NCBI GenBank assembly: GCA_902533695.1
Contig: CACAMV010000001.1
Location: 2,979-66,978, forward strand
DNA: 64,000 nt
Source: an uncultured SAR116 cluster alpha proteobacterium
Lineage (GTDB): Bacteria; Pseudomonadota; Alphaproteobacteria; Puniceispirillales; Marisalimonadaceae
Direction of reading: 5' to 3'
In this document: in pieces, positions 18,785 to 30,014 of the stretch
How positions within the stretch are numbered: the stretch's first letter is position 1
Layout of the letters: each line of letters begins with the position of its first letter
Made by a program: the position numbers and the translations under genes
The notes under the pieces: model-generated
Databases searched by the model: none
What the model saw: the letters and a program-made list of their open reading frames with translations, nothing else
Told to the model about the DNA's origin: nothing

Positions 18785-19453
18785 ATGCAAATAGCTATTG
18801 ATGGCACTGCTGGGTCTGGTAAGGGTACATTATCACAAAGACTATCAAACAAATTAAACATACCTCATTTGGATACTGGATTATTGTATAGAAAAGTAGC
18901 ATTTACTTTTATCAATAATTATGGACAAAATTTAGACATTAATAGAAATAAATCATTAGAAAAAATCATTTTGATAGCAAAAAATTCTATTCATGAAGTG
19001 ATAAGTAATCAATATCTTAGAGATAATGAGGTTGGATTATTTGCTTCTAAAATTGCAAATATTAAAGAGTTAAGAGAAATTTTGAAAAATGAACAAATTA
19101 AATTTGCTGAGAAAAATTTTAAAAAATATGGTGGTTGTATTTTAGATGGGCGAGATATTGGAACAAAAATTTTACCTAATGCATACATAAAGTTTTTTAT
19201 TATTGCATCAGCTGAAATTAGGGCAAAAAGACGACTCTTAGAAAAAGAATCTAGTGACTTGCATCCCAATGAACAAAAATGTATCTTTAACAAAATATTA
19301 AAGGAAATAATTATTAGAGATAAGAATGATTATAATAGGGAACATTCTCCTCTAAAAAAAGCTAAGGATGCAATAGAAATAGATACAACAAAACTTACCC
19401 CTAATGAAGTTGAAAATCGTGCAATAGAGTACATAAATGACAAAATAAAATAA
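18785..19453 (+). CDS. cmk: cytidylate kinase
   Basis: P-loop IAIDGTAGSGKGT directly after the ATG at 18785. This start is preferred over the ORF-track TTG at 18767. Conserved aroA-cmk-rpsA order. Confidence 0.93.
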   Translation: MQIAIDGTAGSGKGTLSQRLSNKLNIPHLDTGLLYRKVAFTFINNYGQNLDINRNKSLEKIILIAKNSIHEVISNQYLRDNEVGLFASKIANIKELREILKNEQIKFAEKNFKKYGGCILDGRDIGTKILPNAYIKFFIIASAEIRAKRRLLEKESSDLHPNEQKCIFNKILKEIIIRDKNDYNREHSPLKKAKDAIEIDTTKLTPNEVENRAIEYINDKIK

Positions 19454-19530
19454 AAAAACAAAAGATTTATTGTTTTTTTTTAAAAATTATTTATACAAAT
19501 CAAGTGTTATTACTAAAAAAGGAGAAAAAT

Positions 19531-21261
19531 TTGTTAAAACCCAAGGTTGCCCCAGAGACAAAAAATGAAAAATTTTCAGAATTACTTGAAGAAAGTTTTG
19601 AAAACGTAAAAAGTATAGAAGGTTCTGTGGTATCAGGTAAAGTTCTGCATGTAGATAAAGACAGTGTAATAGTCGACATAGGTCTTAAATCTGAAGGAAG
19701 GATTTTAAAAAGAGAATTTGGAACTGAAAATGAGGCCTCTAAAATACAAAAAGGTGACAACGTTGAGGTTTATATTGAAAGGCTCGAGGATATTAACGGC
19801 CAATTAATATTAAGTAGAGAAAAGGCGCGTAGAGAAGAAGCATGGGTTCTACTTGAAAAATCATTTGACTCTCAAGAAATTGTTACTGGTGTAATTCTTG
19901 GAAGAGTAAAAGGTGGTTTTACTGTTGATATAGACGGAGCTGCAGCTTTTTTACCTGGCAGTCAGGTGGATATTAAACCTATTAAAGACTTTAATTCTAT
20001 TATGAACGTACCACAAAATTTTCAAATTTTAAAGATGGATAGAAAAAGAGGCAACATAGTCATTTCAAGGAGGGCTGTGCTAGAAGAAAACAGGGCTGAG
20101 GCAAGATCAGAAATAGTTTCTAATATAGAAGAAGGTAAAGTTTTAGATGGAATTATCAAAAACATTACTGATTATGGTGCATTTGTTGACTTGGGCGGAG
20201 TTGATGGGTTACTTCATGTTACAGATATTTCATGGAAAAGAATTAATCATCCATCTGAATCTTTAAAATTGGGTGATAATGTAAAAGTAAAAGTTATAAA
20301 ATTTAATCAAGAAACTAAAAGAATATCATTGGGGATAAAGCAGTTGAACGAAGACCCATGGCATAAAATCCACGATAGATTCCCAATTGGTAAAAAGTTG
20401 TCAGGAATTGTTACAAATATAACTGATTATGGATCATTTGTAGAATTAGAAGATGGAATTGAAGGCTTAGTACATATTTCAGAAATGAGTTGGACTAAGA
20501 AAAACATTCACCCAAATAAAATGCTTTCTACATCTGAAAAAATTGAAGTAATGGTTCTAGAAATTGATGAAGAAAAACGAAGAATTTCCTTAGGCATTAA
20601 ACAATGTATAGAAAATCCTTGGGAAGTATTTAACAAAAACAACAAGATTGGTAATCAAGTTGAAGGTGAAATTCAAAATATAACAGACTTTGGTTTGTTT
20701 ATTGGTTTAGATGGAGATATAGATGGCCTAATTCATCTCTCTGACATTAGTTGGGAAGGAAATGGAGATGAACTTATTAAGAATTATAAAAAAGGAGAAA
20801 AATTAACATCAAAAATATTAGATATAAATGTCGAAAAAGAAAGAATTTCTCTTGGAATCAAACAACTGACTGAAGATAAAGTCACCAATGAATTAGAAAA
20901 TATAAAACTAGGCGATACCGTAACTTGTGTTATTACAAAAATTTCTGATACAAACTTAGAAGTCACTGTTAGCGACAATTTAAAAGGATTTATAAAAAAA
21001 TCTGATCTTTCACGTGATAGGGCCGAACAAAGGACAGATAGGTTTGGAGTAAGTGATAAGGTTGATGCAACAGTCATCAAAATTGATAAAAAACAAAAAA
21101 AGTTGAACCTTTCGGTGAAAGCTAGAGAAATAGAGGAAGAGAAAAAAGCAATGGAAGAGTTTGGTTCATCTGATAGTGGGGCTAGTCTTGGGGACATTCT
21201 TGGTGCAGCATTAGAGAAAAAAAATAATGAAGAAAAAAAAATTAATAAGGTAAAAAATTGA
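19531..21261 (+). CDS. rpsA: 30S ribosomal protein S1
   Basis: Six S1/OB repeats. AAGGAG at 19519-19524 favours the TTG at 19531. The ORF-track GTG at 19504 remains possible. Confidence 0.95.
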   Translation: MLKPKVAPETKNEKFSELLEESFENVKSIEGSVVSGKVLHVDKDSVIVDIGLKSEGRILKREFGTENEASKIQKGDNVEVYIERLEDINGQLILSREKARREEAWVLLEKSFDSQEIVTGVILGRVKGGFTVDIDGAAAFLPGSQVDIKPIKDFNSIMNVPQNFQILKMDRKRGNIVISRRAVLEENRAEARSEIVSNIEEGKVLDGIIKNITDYGAFVDLGGVDGLLHVTDISWKRINHPSESLKLGDNVKVKVIKFNQETKRISLGIKQLNEDPWHKIHDRFPIGKKLSGIVTNITDYGSFVELEDGIEGLVHISEMSWTKKNIHPNKMLSTSEKIEVMVLEIDEEKRRISLGIKQCIENPWEVFNKNNKIGNQVEGEIQNITDFGLFIGLDGDIDGLIHLSDISWEGNGDELIKNYKKGEKLTSKILDINVEKERISLGIKQLTEDKVTNELENIKLGDTVTCVITKISDTNLEVTVSDNLKGFIKKSDLSRDRAEQRTDRFGVSDKVDATVIKIDKKQKKLNLSVKAREIEEEKKAMEEFGSSDSGASLGDILGAALEKKNNEEKKINKVKN

Positions 21262-21536
21262 CTAAATCTGATTTAATAACAAAGCTTGCAGAAAAACACA
21301 CATTCTTATTTCAAAAAGATATACAAAAAATTGTAAATGTTTTTTTTGATACAATTAGCATAGCTTTAGAAGACAAAGATAGAGTTGAACTAAGAGGATT
21401 TGGTGCTTTTGGAGTTAAAAAAAGAAATGCTAGAATAGCACGAAATCCTAGAACCGGTTCAGCAGTAGCTGTTCCTGAAAAAAACATGCCCTTTTTTAAA
21501 ATGGGAAAGGGTATGCGTGAAAGATTAAATAAATAG
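21258..21536 (+). CDS. ihfB: integration host factor beta subunit
   Basis: 92 aa. HU/IHF fold with the arm RGFGAFGVKKRNARIARNPRTG. The TTG start overlaps the rpsA stop. Confidence 0.9.
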   Translation: MTKSDLITKLAEKHTFLFQKDIQKIVNVFFDTISIALEDKDRVELRGFGAFGVKKRNARIARNPRTGSAVAVPEKNMPFFKMGKGMRERLNK

Positions 21537-21562
21537 TTAAAATACGATTTTTTAATTTTCTT

Positions 21563-22204
21563 ATGAAAAAAAGACTGGAAATTAAAATATGTGGAATTAA
21601 AGACGACATTTCAATGGTAAAAGCTTGCAACCTTAATATAGATTACGTTGGACTAGTTTTTTTTAAAAATTCACCAAGAAATGTGTCAATTTCACAAGCA
21701 AAATTGTTAACAAAATATAAAAACTCTTTCACAAAAATAGTTGCATTAACTGTAAATCCTAATGACAACCTACTTGACAAAATTTGTCAAAACATAAAAC
21801 CAGATTTTTTTCAATTACATGGAGACGAAACGCCAGCAAGGTGTTTTGAGATTAAAAAAAAATTTAATGTTAAAATAATAAAAGCTTTAAAAGTTGGAAA
21901 TATTAATACATTGATCAACAATATAAAAGATTATAAAAATTTAGTGAGTACATTTCTATTTGACTCGCCTTTAGGAGCTTTACCTGGAGGAAATGGAACA
22001 AAATTGAATTGGAAATACCTAAACAACTATAAAATAAGAGCAAATTGGTTATTAGCTGGAGGACTTAATTCATTAAATGTTGAAAAAGCTGTTAAGATTT
22101 CAAATGCGAAAGGCGTTGATATATCCTCGGGAATAGAAATTTCTCGAGGTCAAAAATGTCCATATTTAATTGAAAAATTTGTTAGAAGATGTAGAAATAT
22201 TTAA
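21563..22204 (+). CDS. trpF: phosphoribosylanthranilate isomerase
   Basis: 213 aa with the KICGI N-terminal motif. Immediately upstream of trpB-trpA. Confidence 0.9.
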   Translation: MKKRLEIKICGIKDDISMVKACNLNIDYVGLVFFKNSPRNVSISQAKLLTKYKNSFTKIVALTVNPNDNLLDKICQNIKPDFFQLHGDETPARCFEIKKKFNVKIIKALKVGNINTLINNIKDYKNLVSTFLFDSPLGALPGGNGTKLNWKYLNNYKIRANWLLAGGLNSLNVEKAVKISNAKGVDISSGIEISRGQKCPYLIEKFVRRCRNI

Positions 22205-22217
22205 TTTAAAACAAATA

Positions 22218-23435
22218 ATGAAATTTTTAAAAGAAAATAGTTTAAAAAATAAACCAGATTTAAGTGGTAGATTTGGAGATTATGGAGGTAGATTTGTTGC
22301 TGAAACATTAATGCCTCTAATTCTTTCAGTAGAAGAGTCTTACAAAAAGGCAAAACAAGATAAATCTTTTTTAAAAGAGTTAAATATATTGCAAAAAGAT
22401 TATATAGGCCGCCCAAGCCCTTTGTACTTCGCAAAAAGAATGACAAAATACTTTGGTGGAGCAAAAATTTATTTCAAAAGAGATGAATTAAATCATACAG
22501 GTGCCCACAAAATTAATAATGTCATTGGCCAAATACTTTTAGCAAAAAGAATGGGTAAAAATCAAATTATAGCTGAAACTGGTGCGGGTCAACATGGCGT
22601 TGCAACTGCAACTGCATGCGCATTATTTGATTTTAAATGCGATGTTTTTATGGGAACATCTGATATCGAAAGACAAAAACTTAATGTGCAAAGGATGAAA
22701 TTACTTGGAGCTAAAGTACATCCAGTTACAAGTGGCGGCTGTACATTAAAAGATGCAATGAACGAGGCACTAAGATATTGGGTTTCTAATGCTAGCTCTC
22801 ACTTTTATATAATTGGAACAGTTGCAGGACCACATCCATACCCACAAATGGTTAGAGATTTTCAATCTATTATTGGCGAAGAAACCAAACAACAAATTTA
22901 TGATAAAGAGGGAAAGCTACCTAATGCTTTAATTGCATGTATTGGGGGAGGATCAAATGCTATGGGATTGTTCTATCCTTTTTTAGATGACAAAGAGGTA
23001 GAACTTTTTGGTGTTGAAGCTGCAGGTAAAGGAATTAAGAGCGGTAAACACGCATCTTCAATTAACGCAGGTAAACCTGGCGTTCTTCATGGTAATAAAA
23101 CTTATTTACTCCAAGATAAATTTGGACAAATAAAAGATGCTCATTCTATTTCAGCTGGTTTAGATTACCCTGGCATTGGTCCTGAACACTCTTGGTTAAA
23201 TGACATTGGAAGGGTAAAATACTTAACAGCTACAGATGAAGACAGTTTAAATTCTTTTAAACTATGTAGTTTGTTAGAAGGTATTATTCCCGCTTTAGAG
23301 CCAGCACACGCCCTTCACATTACTGGTAAATTAGCTAAAGAAAGAAATAAGAATCAAATTTTAATAATGAATATGTGTGGGAGAGGCGATAAAGATTTAC
23401 CGACCGTATTACCATTTTTAGAAAAAGATTTATAA
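22218..23435 (+). CDS. trpB: tryptophan synthase beta chain
   Basis: PLP-lysine motif HTGAHKINN and GGGSNAMG. The ATG at 22218, after the trpF stop, is preferred over the ORF-track start at 22170. Confidence 0.97.
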   Translation: MKFLKENSLKNKPDLSGRFGDYGGRFVAETLMPLILSVEESYKKAKQDKSFLKELNILQKDYIGRPSPLYFAKRMTKYFGGAKIYFKRDELNHTGAHKINNVIGQILLAKRMGKNQIIAETGAGQHGVATATACALFDFKCDVFMGTSDIERQKLNVQRMKLLGAKVHPVTSGGCTLKDAMNEALRYWVSNASSHFYIIGTVAGPHPYPQMVRDFQSIIGEETKQQIYDKEGKLPNALIACIGGGSNAMGLFYPFLDDKEVELFGVEAAGKGIKSGKHASSINAGKPGVLHGNKTYLLQDKFGQIKDAHSISAGLDYPGIGPEHSWLNDIGRVKYLTATDEDSLNSFKLCSLLEGIIPALEPAHALHITGKLAKERNKNQILIMNMCGRGDKDLPTVLPFLEKDL

Positions 23436-23438
23436 CTC

Positions 23439-24230
23439 ATGAATAGAATTCAAAATAAATTTGAAGAATTAAAAAAGAAAAATAAAAAGGCTTTAGGAAT
23501 TTTTCTTACAGCTGGTTATCCCACTAAAAAAGATTCAGAGAAAATATTATTAAAACTCCCAGAAACTGGCGTAGACTTTCTAGAAATAGGAATGCCTTTT
23601 TCAGATCCGATGGCTGATGGTCCTCTTATACAAGAATCCAGTGAATTATCGATTAAAAATGGAATGAATATAAAAAATTGTTTAGACATTGTATCAAAAA
23701 TTAGGGTTAAATATAAAAATGTTCCTATTATATTAATGGGTTATTATAATCCTATTTTAAGCTATGGTAATATGAAATTTATCAAAAATGCAGTTAAGGT
23801 AGGCGTTGATGCACTTATAATTGTTGACCTACCTATGGAAGAAGATCAAGAGTTTTATTTAAAGTCAGAAGAAAATGGTTTGAATGTAATTAGACTGGTC
23901 ACGCCAACAACTGATTACAAAAGACTTAAAAAAATAACAAAGAATTCTAAAGGTTTTATTTATTATGTTTCTGTAACGGGCGTAACCGGTACAAAAAGTG
24001 CTAATCAAAGTTCAATTAAGTCAAAAATAGATAATATAAAATCATTAACTGATCTTCCAATTATCGTTGGATTTGGAATTAAAACACCCAAGCAAGCTCT
24101 AGAAATGTCAAAAAATGCAGATGGTATTGTAATTGGATCATCAATAGTTGAAACTATTAAAAATAGTAATAGTAGAAAAAAAACTCATAACTGTTTAAAT
24201 TTTGTAAAAAGCATTGCAAAGAATTTTTAA
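23439..24230 (+). CDS. trpA: tryptophan synthase alpha chain
   Basis: 263 aa with the active-site loop EIGMPFSDPMADGP. Confidence 0.95.
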   Translation: MNRIQNKFEELKKKNKKALGIFLTAGYPTKKDSEKILLKLPETGVDFLEIGMPFSDPMADGPLIQESSELSIKNGMNIKNCLDIVSKIRVKYKNVPIILMGYYNPILSYGNMKFIKNAVKVGVDALIIVDLPMEEDQEFYLKSEENGLNVIRLVTPTTDYKRLKKITKNSKGFIYYVSVTGVTGTKSANQSSIKSKIDNIKSLTDLPIIVGFGIKTPKQALEMSKNADGIVIGSSIVETIKNSNSRKKTHNCLNFVKSIAKNF

Positions 24231-24245
24231 TAAAAGAGGTTAGAT

Positions 24246-25100
24246 TTGAATTGGATTAAAGAAACAGTACTTCCCAAATTTAAAGCTTTTGTAAACAGAA
24301 GAGAAACAGAAGAAAATCTTTGGGTTAAATGTAAATCTTGTAATCAAATGATATTTCATAAGGAATATAAAAATAATTTAAATGTATGTAAATCATGTGG
24401 TTATCATGGTTATATGAGCGCGAGAGGCAGATTAAATTATCTCTTTGACGACGCATCAACAGAGAAAATTGAAATAGAAAACATATCAGAAGATCCTTTA
24501 AAATTTAAAGATTTAAAAAAATATTCTGAAAGAATTAAGGAGGCAAAGATAAAAACGAATCTAAAAGATGCAGTTTTAACAGAATATGGTTTAATAAATA
24601 ACCTTCCATGTGTAATTTCATCCTTTGACTTTGCTTTTATGGGAGGATCGATGGGACGAACTGTTGGAAATGCAATTTTGAAAGGCTCTCAGGAAGCAAT
24701 TGAGCGCAAATGCTCTTATTTGATAATACCATCTTCTGGAGGAGCAAGAATGCAAGAAGGCATTTTTTCATTGATGCAACTTCCTAAATCAGTTATAGCA
24801 GTTAATAACTTAAAAAAACATTCCTTACCTTACATTATTTTGTTCACAAATCCTACAACTGGAGGAGTTACAGCTAGTTTTGCAATGTTAGGTGACATTC
24901 ACCTTGCAGAACCTGGTGCTGTTATTGGTTTTGCAGGCAGAAGAGTTATTGAAAAAACTGTTAAAGAAAATTTGCCTGATAATTTTCAAAAATCTGAATA
25001 TCTATTGTCTCATGGAATGATAGATATAGTAGTACCAAGAAATGAACAAAAAGAAAAAATTGCAAAAATGATCAAAATACTTACTAAAAATACAAGTTAA
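24246..25100 (+). CDS. accD: acetyl-CoA carboxylase carboxyltransferase beta subunit
   Basis: 284 aa. N-terminal zinc ribbon CKSCNQ...CKSCGYH plus the carboxyltransferase domain. AAGAGG SD precedes the TTG start. Confidence 0.95.
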   Translation: MNWIKETVLPKFKAFVNRRETEENLWVKCKSCNQMIFHKEYKNNLNVCKSCGYHGYMSARGRLNYLFDDASTEKIEIENISEDPLKFKDLKKYSERIKEAKIKTNLKDAVLTEYGLINNLPCVISSFDFAFMGGSMGRTVGNAILKGSQEAIERKCSYLIIPSSGGARMQEGIFSLMQLPKSVIAVNNLKKHSLPYIILFTNPTTGGVTASFAMLGDIHLAEPGAVIGFAGRRVIEKTVKENLPDNFQKSEYLLSHGMIDIVVPRNEQKEKIAKMIKILTKNTS

Positions 25101-25103
25101 AAA

Positions 25104-26336
25104 ATGCCTGATTTTGATCGGATCAAAAAGTTAGATGAATTACTTAAATATCTAAATTCACTCCATCCTAAATATATAGACTTTAATTTAGATAGAATTA
25201 AAAGTTTACTTAAAAAACTTGGAAATCCTCAAAATAAATTGCCAATTGTAATACATGTGGCAGGTACTAATGGAAAGGGCTCTAGTATAGCTTTCATTAA
25301 ATCTATAGCGGAATCATACGGGCTTAAAGTCAACTGCTACATTTCACCGCATCTTATTAATTTTAATGAAAGAATAATTTTAAACGGAGAATTAATTGAA
25401 GATGATTTTCTTTTTGAAAATTTGTATGAAGTAACAAAAGCAAATAATGATCAAGAAATAACATTTTTCGAGATCACAACAGCAGCTTGCTTTTTAGCAT
25501 TTTCTAAGGTTCAAAGTAATATTTGTTTGATTGAAACAGGTTTAGGAGGAAGACTGGACGCAACCAATGTAATAGAAAATAAAAATATTACTGTTTTAAC
25601 AAAAATAGGTTTTGATCATGTTGAATTTTTAGGTAATGATTTAAAAACAATCACATCAGAAAAATGTGGGATTTTACAAAGAAATGCACCTTGTGTTGTA
25701 GGAAAACAAAATAATTCTCTTGTTAAAACAGTTATTTTCGAAGAGGCAAAAAAAAAGAAAATTCAAATTTTAAAACTTAGAAAAATTCCAAAAACATGGT
25801 CGCTTGGCCTTCTGGGAGATCACCAATATGAGAATGCTGAAATTGCAGTAACTGTAATGAAATTTTTATTTAAAAACCTTAAAAATCAAACAATTAAAAA
25901 TGCATTAAAATCAACTACATGGGATGGAAGGTTACAAAAAATCGAGAAAGGTAAATTTTTCAAAAATAGAGCAAATCTCACATTAGTTGATGGAGCACAT
26001 AACTTAGAAGGGGGAAAGGTAATATTAAATTATTTTAAAAAATCTAAAATAAACAATTGGTTAATTATCTTAGGCATGATGAGAAATAAAAATGTTGTAG
26101 GTTTTATAGATTTGATAAAAGAGTTTGTAAAAACAATTTTTGTAGTTCCCATTCAAGGTCAGAGATCATGCTTTAATGAAATAGAACTTGAACAAATTAT
26201 AAAAACTAATTTTAATCTAAATGTAATGCCTTTTAAAAATATTGATACAGCATTAAAAAACGTACCATCTAATGAACCACTTTTTATAACTGGATCACTA
26301 TATTTAACTGGAGAACTTTTAAAAAAAAATAAATAA
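25104..26336 (+). CDS. folC: dihydrofolate synthase / folylpolyglutamate synthase
   Basis: 410 aa with the Mur-ligase P-loop HVAGTNGKGS. Conserved accD-folC order. Confidence 0.9.
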   Translation: MPDFDRIKKLDELLKYLNSLHPKYIDFNLDRIKSLLKKLGNPQNKLPIVIHVAGTNGKGSSIAFIKSIAESYGLKVNCYISPHLINFNERIILNGELIEDDFLFENLYEVTKANNDQEITFFEITTAACFLAFSKVQSNICLIETGLGGRLDATNVIENKNITVLTKIGFDHVEFLGNDLKTITSEKCGILQRNAPCVVGKQNNSLVKTVIFEEAKKKKIQILKLRKIPKTWSLGLLGDHQYENAEIAVTVMKFLFKNLKNQTIKNALKSTTWDGRLQKIEKGKFFKNRANLTLVDGAHNLEGGKVILNYFKKSKINNWLIILGMMRNKNVVGFIDLIKEFVKTIFVVPIQGQRSCFNEIELEQIIKTNFNLNVMPFKNIDTALKNVPSNEPLFITGSLYLTGELLKKNK

Positions 26337-26339
26337 GTT

Positions 26340-26663
26340 TTATTTTATGTTTTCATTAATCCACTTTTCCAAAGTTGATTTTGGAAGATTTCCCAACATT
26401 TCTGAAATTTTTTTTCCATCTTTAAATAGAATTAAGGCAGGGATTGATCTAATATTAAATTCTTGAGCTGTATTAGGGTTTTCATCAACATTAATTTTAG
26501 CAACTGTCAAATGCGTATCCATTTGATTTGAAATTTCTTCAATTTTTGGAGAAACATCTTTGCACGGTCCACACCATTCAGCCCAAAAATCTACAAGTAC
26601 TAATTTTTCAGATTTTAAAACATCCTCTGGAAAGTTTTTGTCATTAGTTTCAATAGTTGCCAT
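26340..26663 (-). CDS. trxA: thioredoxin
   Basis: 107 aa with the WCGPC active site. Confidence 0.95.
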   Translation of the reverse strand: MATIETNDKNFPEDVLKSEKLVLVDFWAEWCGPCKDVSPKIEEISNQMDTHLTVAKINVDENPNTAQEFNIRSIPALILFKDGKKISEMLGNLPKSTLEKWINENIK

Positions 26664-26672
26664 GTTTATCTC

Positions 26673-28100
26673 CTATAATAATTTAGCGGGTTCATAAGTT
26701 GATCTCATTTTTTCATAATAATCATCAATTTTTTCTAAAAACCTTAATTTTTTTTCATCTTTTTCTTGTGTAAATTTATCTCTTAGATCATCTAATTTTT
26801 TATAAGCCTTTGGAAGAGTATACCAAGTAACGTCTTCCAATGTTAAAATTTGTTCAGCAATAGATTTATGAATTGTGTTAAAAACATTTTTTGGAAGACA
26901 TTGAGGATTCTCTTCATATATTAATCTTTGTGCAAAATATCTATATCTATCATCTTCGAACCTACATGAAATTCTAAATTTTTCTGTCCAACATACTTGA
27001 TGAAAGTTTTTCATATTTTGTTTATCCTTCAAAGAAGGAAAACCTCCAACATACAAACTTTCTTCAGCCATAATAGGTGTCTGAGGCTTTGAAAACTCCT
27101 TTTCATCAAATTCTTCATTTAAAATTAAAATCAATTTCTGTTTAAAAATATCACTCTTTTTTATCAAATTTGCTCTATCTTTTAAAACATTTAGATCTAA
27201 GCCATCAAATTTTTCTATTAAACTAAAATAATTTTCTTTGAAAATTAATGGATGTTTGTTTTGTGCTATAGATTTGATAAAACTTGGTTTTTCTTTGATC
27301 CTATTTTTTAAACTATTATATTCAAGTTTAATAATTTCTTGAGGATCAATAGTAAGATCAAAACATTGAGCATAACCATATTTAGGATGAGAGCATACGT
27401 AAGTTAATGGAAAATGATTCATTCTACCAAAATTATAATCACTTAAACAAAATAACTTTTGTTTATATAAAAAATTTTCAACATCTTTTTTATTAGAAGT
27501 CAAAAGACAATCATTCCAGATTTGCAATTTATTTTCTTTTATTTTTTTGGCTAATTTAATAGAAGCCATAACATCACCCATTGCATCATGAGCATTATGA
27601 CTGATAGAGTTGTTATTGGCTAATTCCTCTAATTTGAAACTAATGTTTCCTTTATCAGTCAATGTTGTATTAAGAAAATTTTTATCAAAAAAAACTGATG
27701 ATCTAACAACATTTAATAAATCAACTCTTCTATTATTATTTAAAACAGTAATATAAACATCATGTAGAGATTTAAATAAACTTTTTCTTATGATTTCTTC
27801 ATCAAATTTTATTGAATTAAATCCTACAAAAATTGCAGGTGTCCAACTGTCAAATTTTCTTTTTATTTCCTTGATCAAATTATAATGAGAAAAATTTGTT
27901 TCCGTTAATTCTGAAATTGTAATTCCTGTTACCAATAAGGCTTGGGGATCAGGAACCACCCCAGGTTTTAATCTACATTTTGATTGATATCTGTCAATTT
28001 CTGAAAAATCCTCATTTACTAATACAGCACCAAATTGGATTATTTGTGACCAATTAACATCTGTGCCTGTAGTTTCTACATCATAAAAAACTAAATTCAT
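26673..28100 (-). CDS. sbcB: exodeoxyribonuclease I
   Basis: 475 aa. DnaQ-like motifs FYDVETTG and HNAHDAMGD, plus ExoI-length C-terminal domains. Confidence 0.85.
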   Translation of the reverse strand: MNLVFYDVETTGTDVNWSQIIQFGAVLVNEDFSEIDRYQSKCRLKPGVVPDPQALLVTGITISELTETNFSHYNLIKEIKRKFDSWTPAIFVGFNSIKFDEEIIRKSLFKSLHDVYITVLNNNRRVDLLNVVRSSVFFDKNFLNTTLTDKGNISFKLEELANNNSISHNAHDAMGDVMASIKLAKKIKENKLQIWNDCLLTSNKKDVENFLYKQKLFCLSDYNFGRMNHFPLTYVCSHPKYGYAQCFDLTIDPQEIIKLEYNSLKNRIKEKPSFIKSIAQNKHPLIFKENYFSLIEKFDGLDLNVLKDRANLIKKSDIFKQKLILILNEEFDEKEFSKPQTPIMAEESLYVGGFPSLKDKQNMKNFHQVCWTEKFRISCRFEDDRYRYFAQRLIYEENPQCLPKNVFNTIHKSIAEQILTLEDVTWYTLPKAYKKLDDLRDKFTQEKDEKKLRFLEKIDDYYEKMRSTYEPAKLL

Positions 28101-28560
28101 TGTTTACTCTAATCTTCAGATTATCTATACGAAGTTTCCAATTTTTTGAAAAACTAAAATTAAAAATCCTATCATATTTTCCTTTACCAAATTTAATCTC
28201 AATAATTAATGGGTCAATAATAAATTTACCTACAAATTTCGGCCATTCTAAAATTATAATTTTTTTTGTGATCTCTTCAAAAACACCTAATTCTTCGATC
28301 TCACTTTTTTCTGAAATTCTAAAAAAATCACAATGCAAAAGCTCAATATTGTTTTTGGTTATATAAGTATGAACTAAATTATAGGTTGGACTAACTACTA
28401 AGTTATCTCCAGTTAAATTCTTAACAATTTGTTTAGCCAAATAAGTCTTGCCAACACCTAAATCTCCATTCAAAAAAATTAAATCACCAGGCTCAAATAA
28501 ACCAGCTAATAAATTAAAAAGTTTAACACATGCAGACTTAGATCCTAGCTGTATTTGCAT
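28081..28560 (-). CDS. tsaE: tRNA t6A37 biosynthesis ATPase TsaE (YjeE family)
   Basis: 159 aa with P-loop GDLGVGKT. Its end overlaps the sbcB start by 20 nt. Confidence 0.85.
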   Translation of the reverse strand: MQIQLGSKSACVKLFNLLAGLFEPGDLIFLNGDLGVGKTYLAKQIVKNLTGDNLVVSPTYNLVHTYITKNNIELLHCDFFRISEKSEIEELGVFEEITKKIIILEWPKFVGKFIIDPLIIEIKFGKGKYDRIFNFSFSKNWKLRIDNLKIRVNNEFSFL

Positions 28561-28565
28561 TTTTA

Positions 28566-29957
28566 TTAATATCTATAATTATCTGTCTTAAAGGGTCCTT
28601 TTATTGAAACACCAATGTATCTAGCTTGATCTTCTGACAGTCTTGTAAGCTTTGCTCCAACTTTTTTCAAATGAAATTGTGCTACTTTCTCATCTAAATG
28701 TCTTGGCAAAGTATAAACTTTATTTTTATAATTATTATATTTTTGCCAGAGTTCTATTTGTGCTAACACCTGATTTGTGAAAGAAGCGCTCATTACAAAA
28801 CTTGGATGGCCAGTGCCACAACCAAGATTCACAAGCCGTCCCTTAGCTAATACAATTAATTTTTTCCCATCTTGAAACTCAACTTCGTCAACTTGAGGTT
28901 TAATTTCTGTCCACTTCATGTTTTGTAATGACTCAACTTGAATCTCAGAGTCAAAATGACCTATATTACATACTATTGCTCTATCTTTCATCTTTCTCAT
29001 ATGATCCAAAGTAATTACATCTTTGTTACCAGTGGCTGTTACAAAAATATCCCCTTTTTCACATGCTTCTTCCATCTTGCAAACCTCATAACCTTCCATT
29101 GCAGCTTGAAGCGCACAAATAGGATCTATTTCAGTAACCATTACTCTAGCACCACCTTGCCTTAATGAAGCAGCTGAACCTTTACCAACATCTCCAAAGC
29201 CAGCTACAACAGCAATTTTACCAGAAAACATAACATCAGTTGCCCTTCTAATACCATCAACAAGTGATTCACGACAACCATACAAGTTATCAAATTTTGA
29301 TTTTGTTACTGAATCATTGACATTAATAGCTGGGAAAGGAAGTTGTCCTTTTTCAGACATTTGATACAACCTAAGAACCCCTGTAGTGGTTTCCTCAGTG
29401 ACTCCTTTAATAGATTGTTTCAATTTTGCAAACCAACCAGGAGAAATTGAAATCCTCTTCAATAACTGTTGTTTAAGAGCTTCTTCTTCTTCATTAGAAG
29501 GGTTTTTTAATATTTGTTCACCTTTCTCTAACCTATCTCCATAGATAACATATAAAGTTGCATCACCACCATCATCTAAAATCATATTCGTAAATTTACC
29601 CTCAGGCCAAGCAAAAATTTTATCTACATAATCCCAGTATTCTTCGAGACTCTCGCCCTTTTTAGCGAAAACAGGTATATTTTTATTTACTATTGCTGCT
29701 GCTGCATGATCTTGTGTAGAAAAAATATTACAACTTGCCCATCTAACAGAAGCACCAAGAACAACTAATGTCTCAATTAAAACTGCAGTTTGAATAGTCA
29801 TGTGCAAACATCCAGAAATTCTTGTTCCTTCAAGAGGTTTTTCTCTTCCATAAATTTCTCTACAAGCCATCAATCCTGGCATTTCAGTTTCAGCTATTGA
29901 AATTTCCTTCATGCCCCAATCAGCAAGTGATATATCTGCAATTTCATAATCATTCAT
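28566..29957 (-). CDS. ahcY: adenosylhomocysteinase
   Basis: 463 aa. Highly conserved SAHH sequence with NAD site [10 protein letters not shown]. Confidence 0.97.
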   Translation of the reverse strand: MNDYEIADISLADWGMKEISIAETEMPGLMACREIYGREKPLEGTRISGCLHMTIQTAVLIETLVVLGASVRWASCNIFSTQDHAAAAIVNKNIPVFAKKGESLEEYWDYVDKIFAWPEGKFTNMILDDGGDATLYVIYGDRLEKGEQILKNPSNEEEEALKQQLLKRISISPGWFAKLKQSIKGVTEETTTGVLRLYQMSEKGQLPFPAINVNDSVTKSKFDNLYGCRESLVDGIRRATDVMFSGKIAVVAGFGDVGKGSAASLRQGGARVMVTEIDPICALQAAMEGYEVCKMEEACEKGDIFVTATGNKDVITLDHMRKMKDRAIVCNIGHFDSEIQVESLQNMKWTEIKPQVDEVEFQDGKKLIVLAKGRLVNLGCGTGHPSFVMSASFTNQVLAQIELWQKYNNYKNKVYTLPRHLDEKVAQFHLKKVGAKLTRLSEDQARYIGVSIKGPFKTDNYRY

Positions 29958-30014
29958 TAAATTTACCCTTATTAATTAATGGAATTTGTAATTAAGTAAT
30001 AGAAATTGTCAATT

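Noticed and set aside
19452-19481. Hairpins resembling intrinsic terminators after cmk (AAAAAACA...TGTTTTTT) and after the ABC ATPase (36435-36457, AAATAAA...TTTATTT)
   Set aside because: The stems are almost entirely A:T and would be very weak. They cannot be told apart from chance in this composition.
17520-21197. Minus-strand ORFs antisense to aroA, cmk and rpsA (17520-17888, 19009-19293, 19500-19760, 20784-21197)
   Set aside because: They lie fully inside well-supported genes on the other strand and show no recognisable domains.
29958-30014. SAH or other riboswitch upstream of ahcY
   Set aside because: Only 57 nt of AT-rich spacer is available, which is too short and lacks the GC-rich pseudoknot elements of SAH riboswitches.
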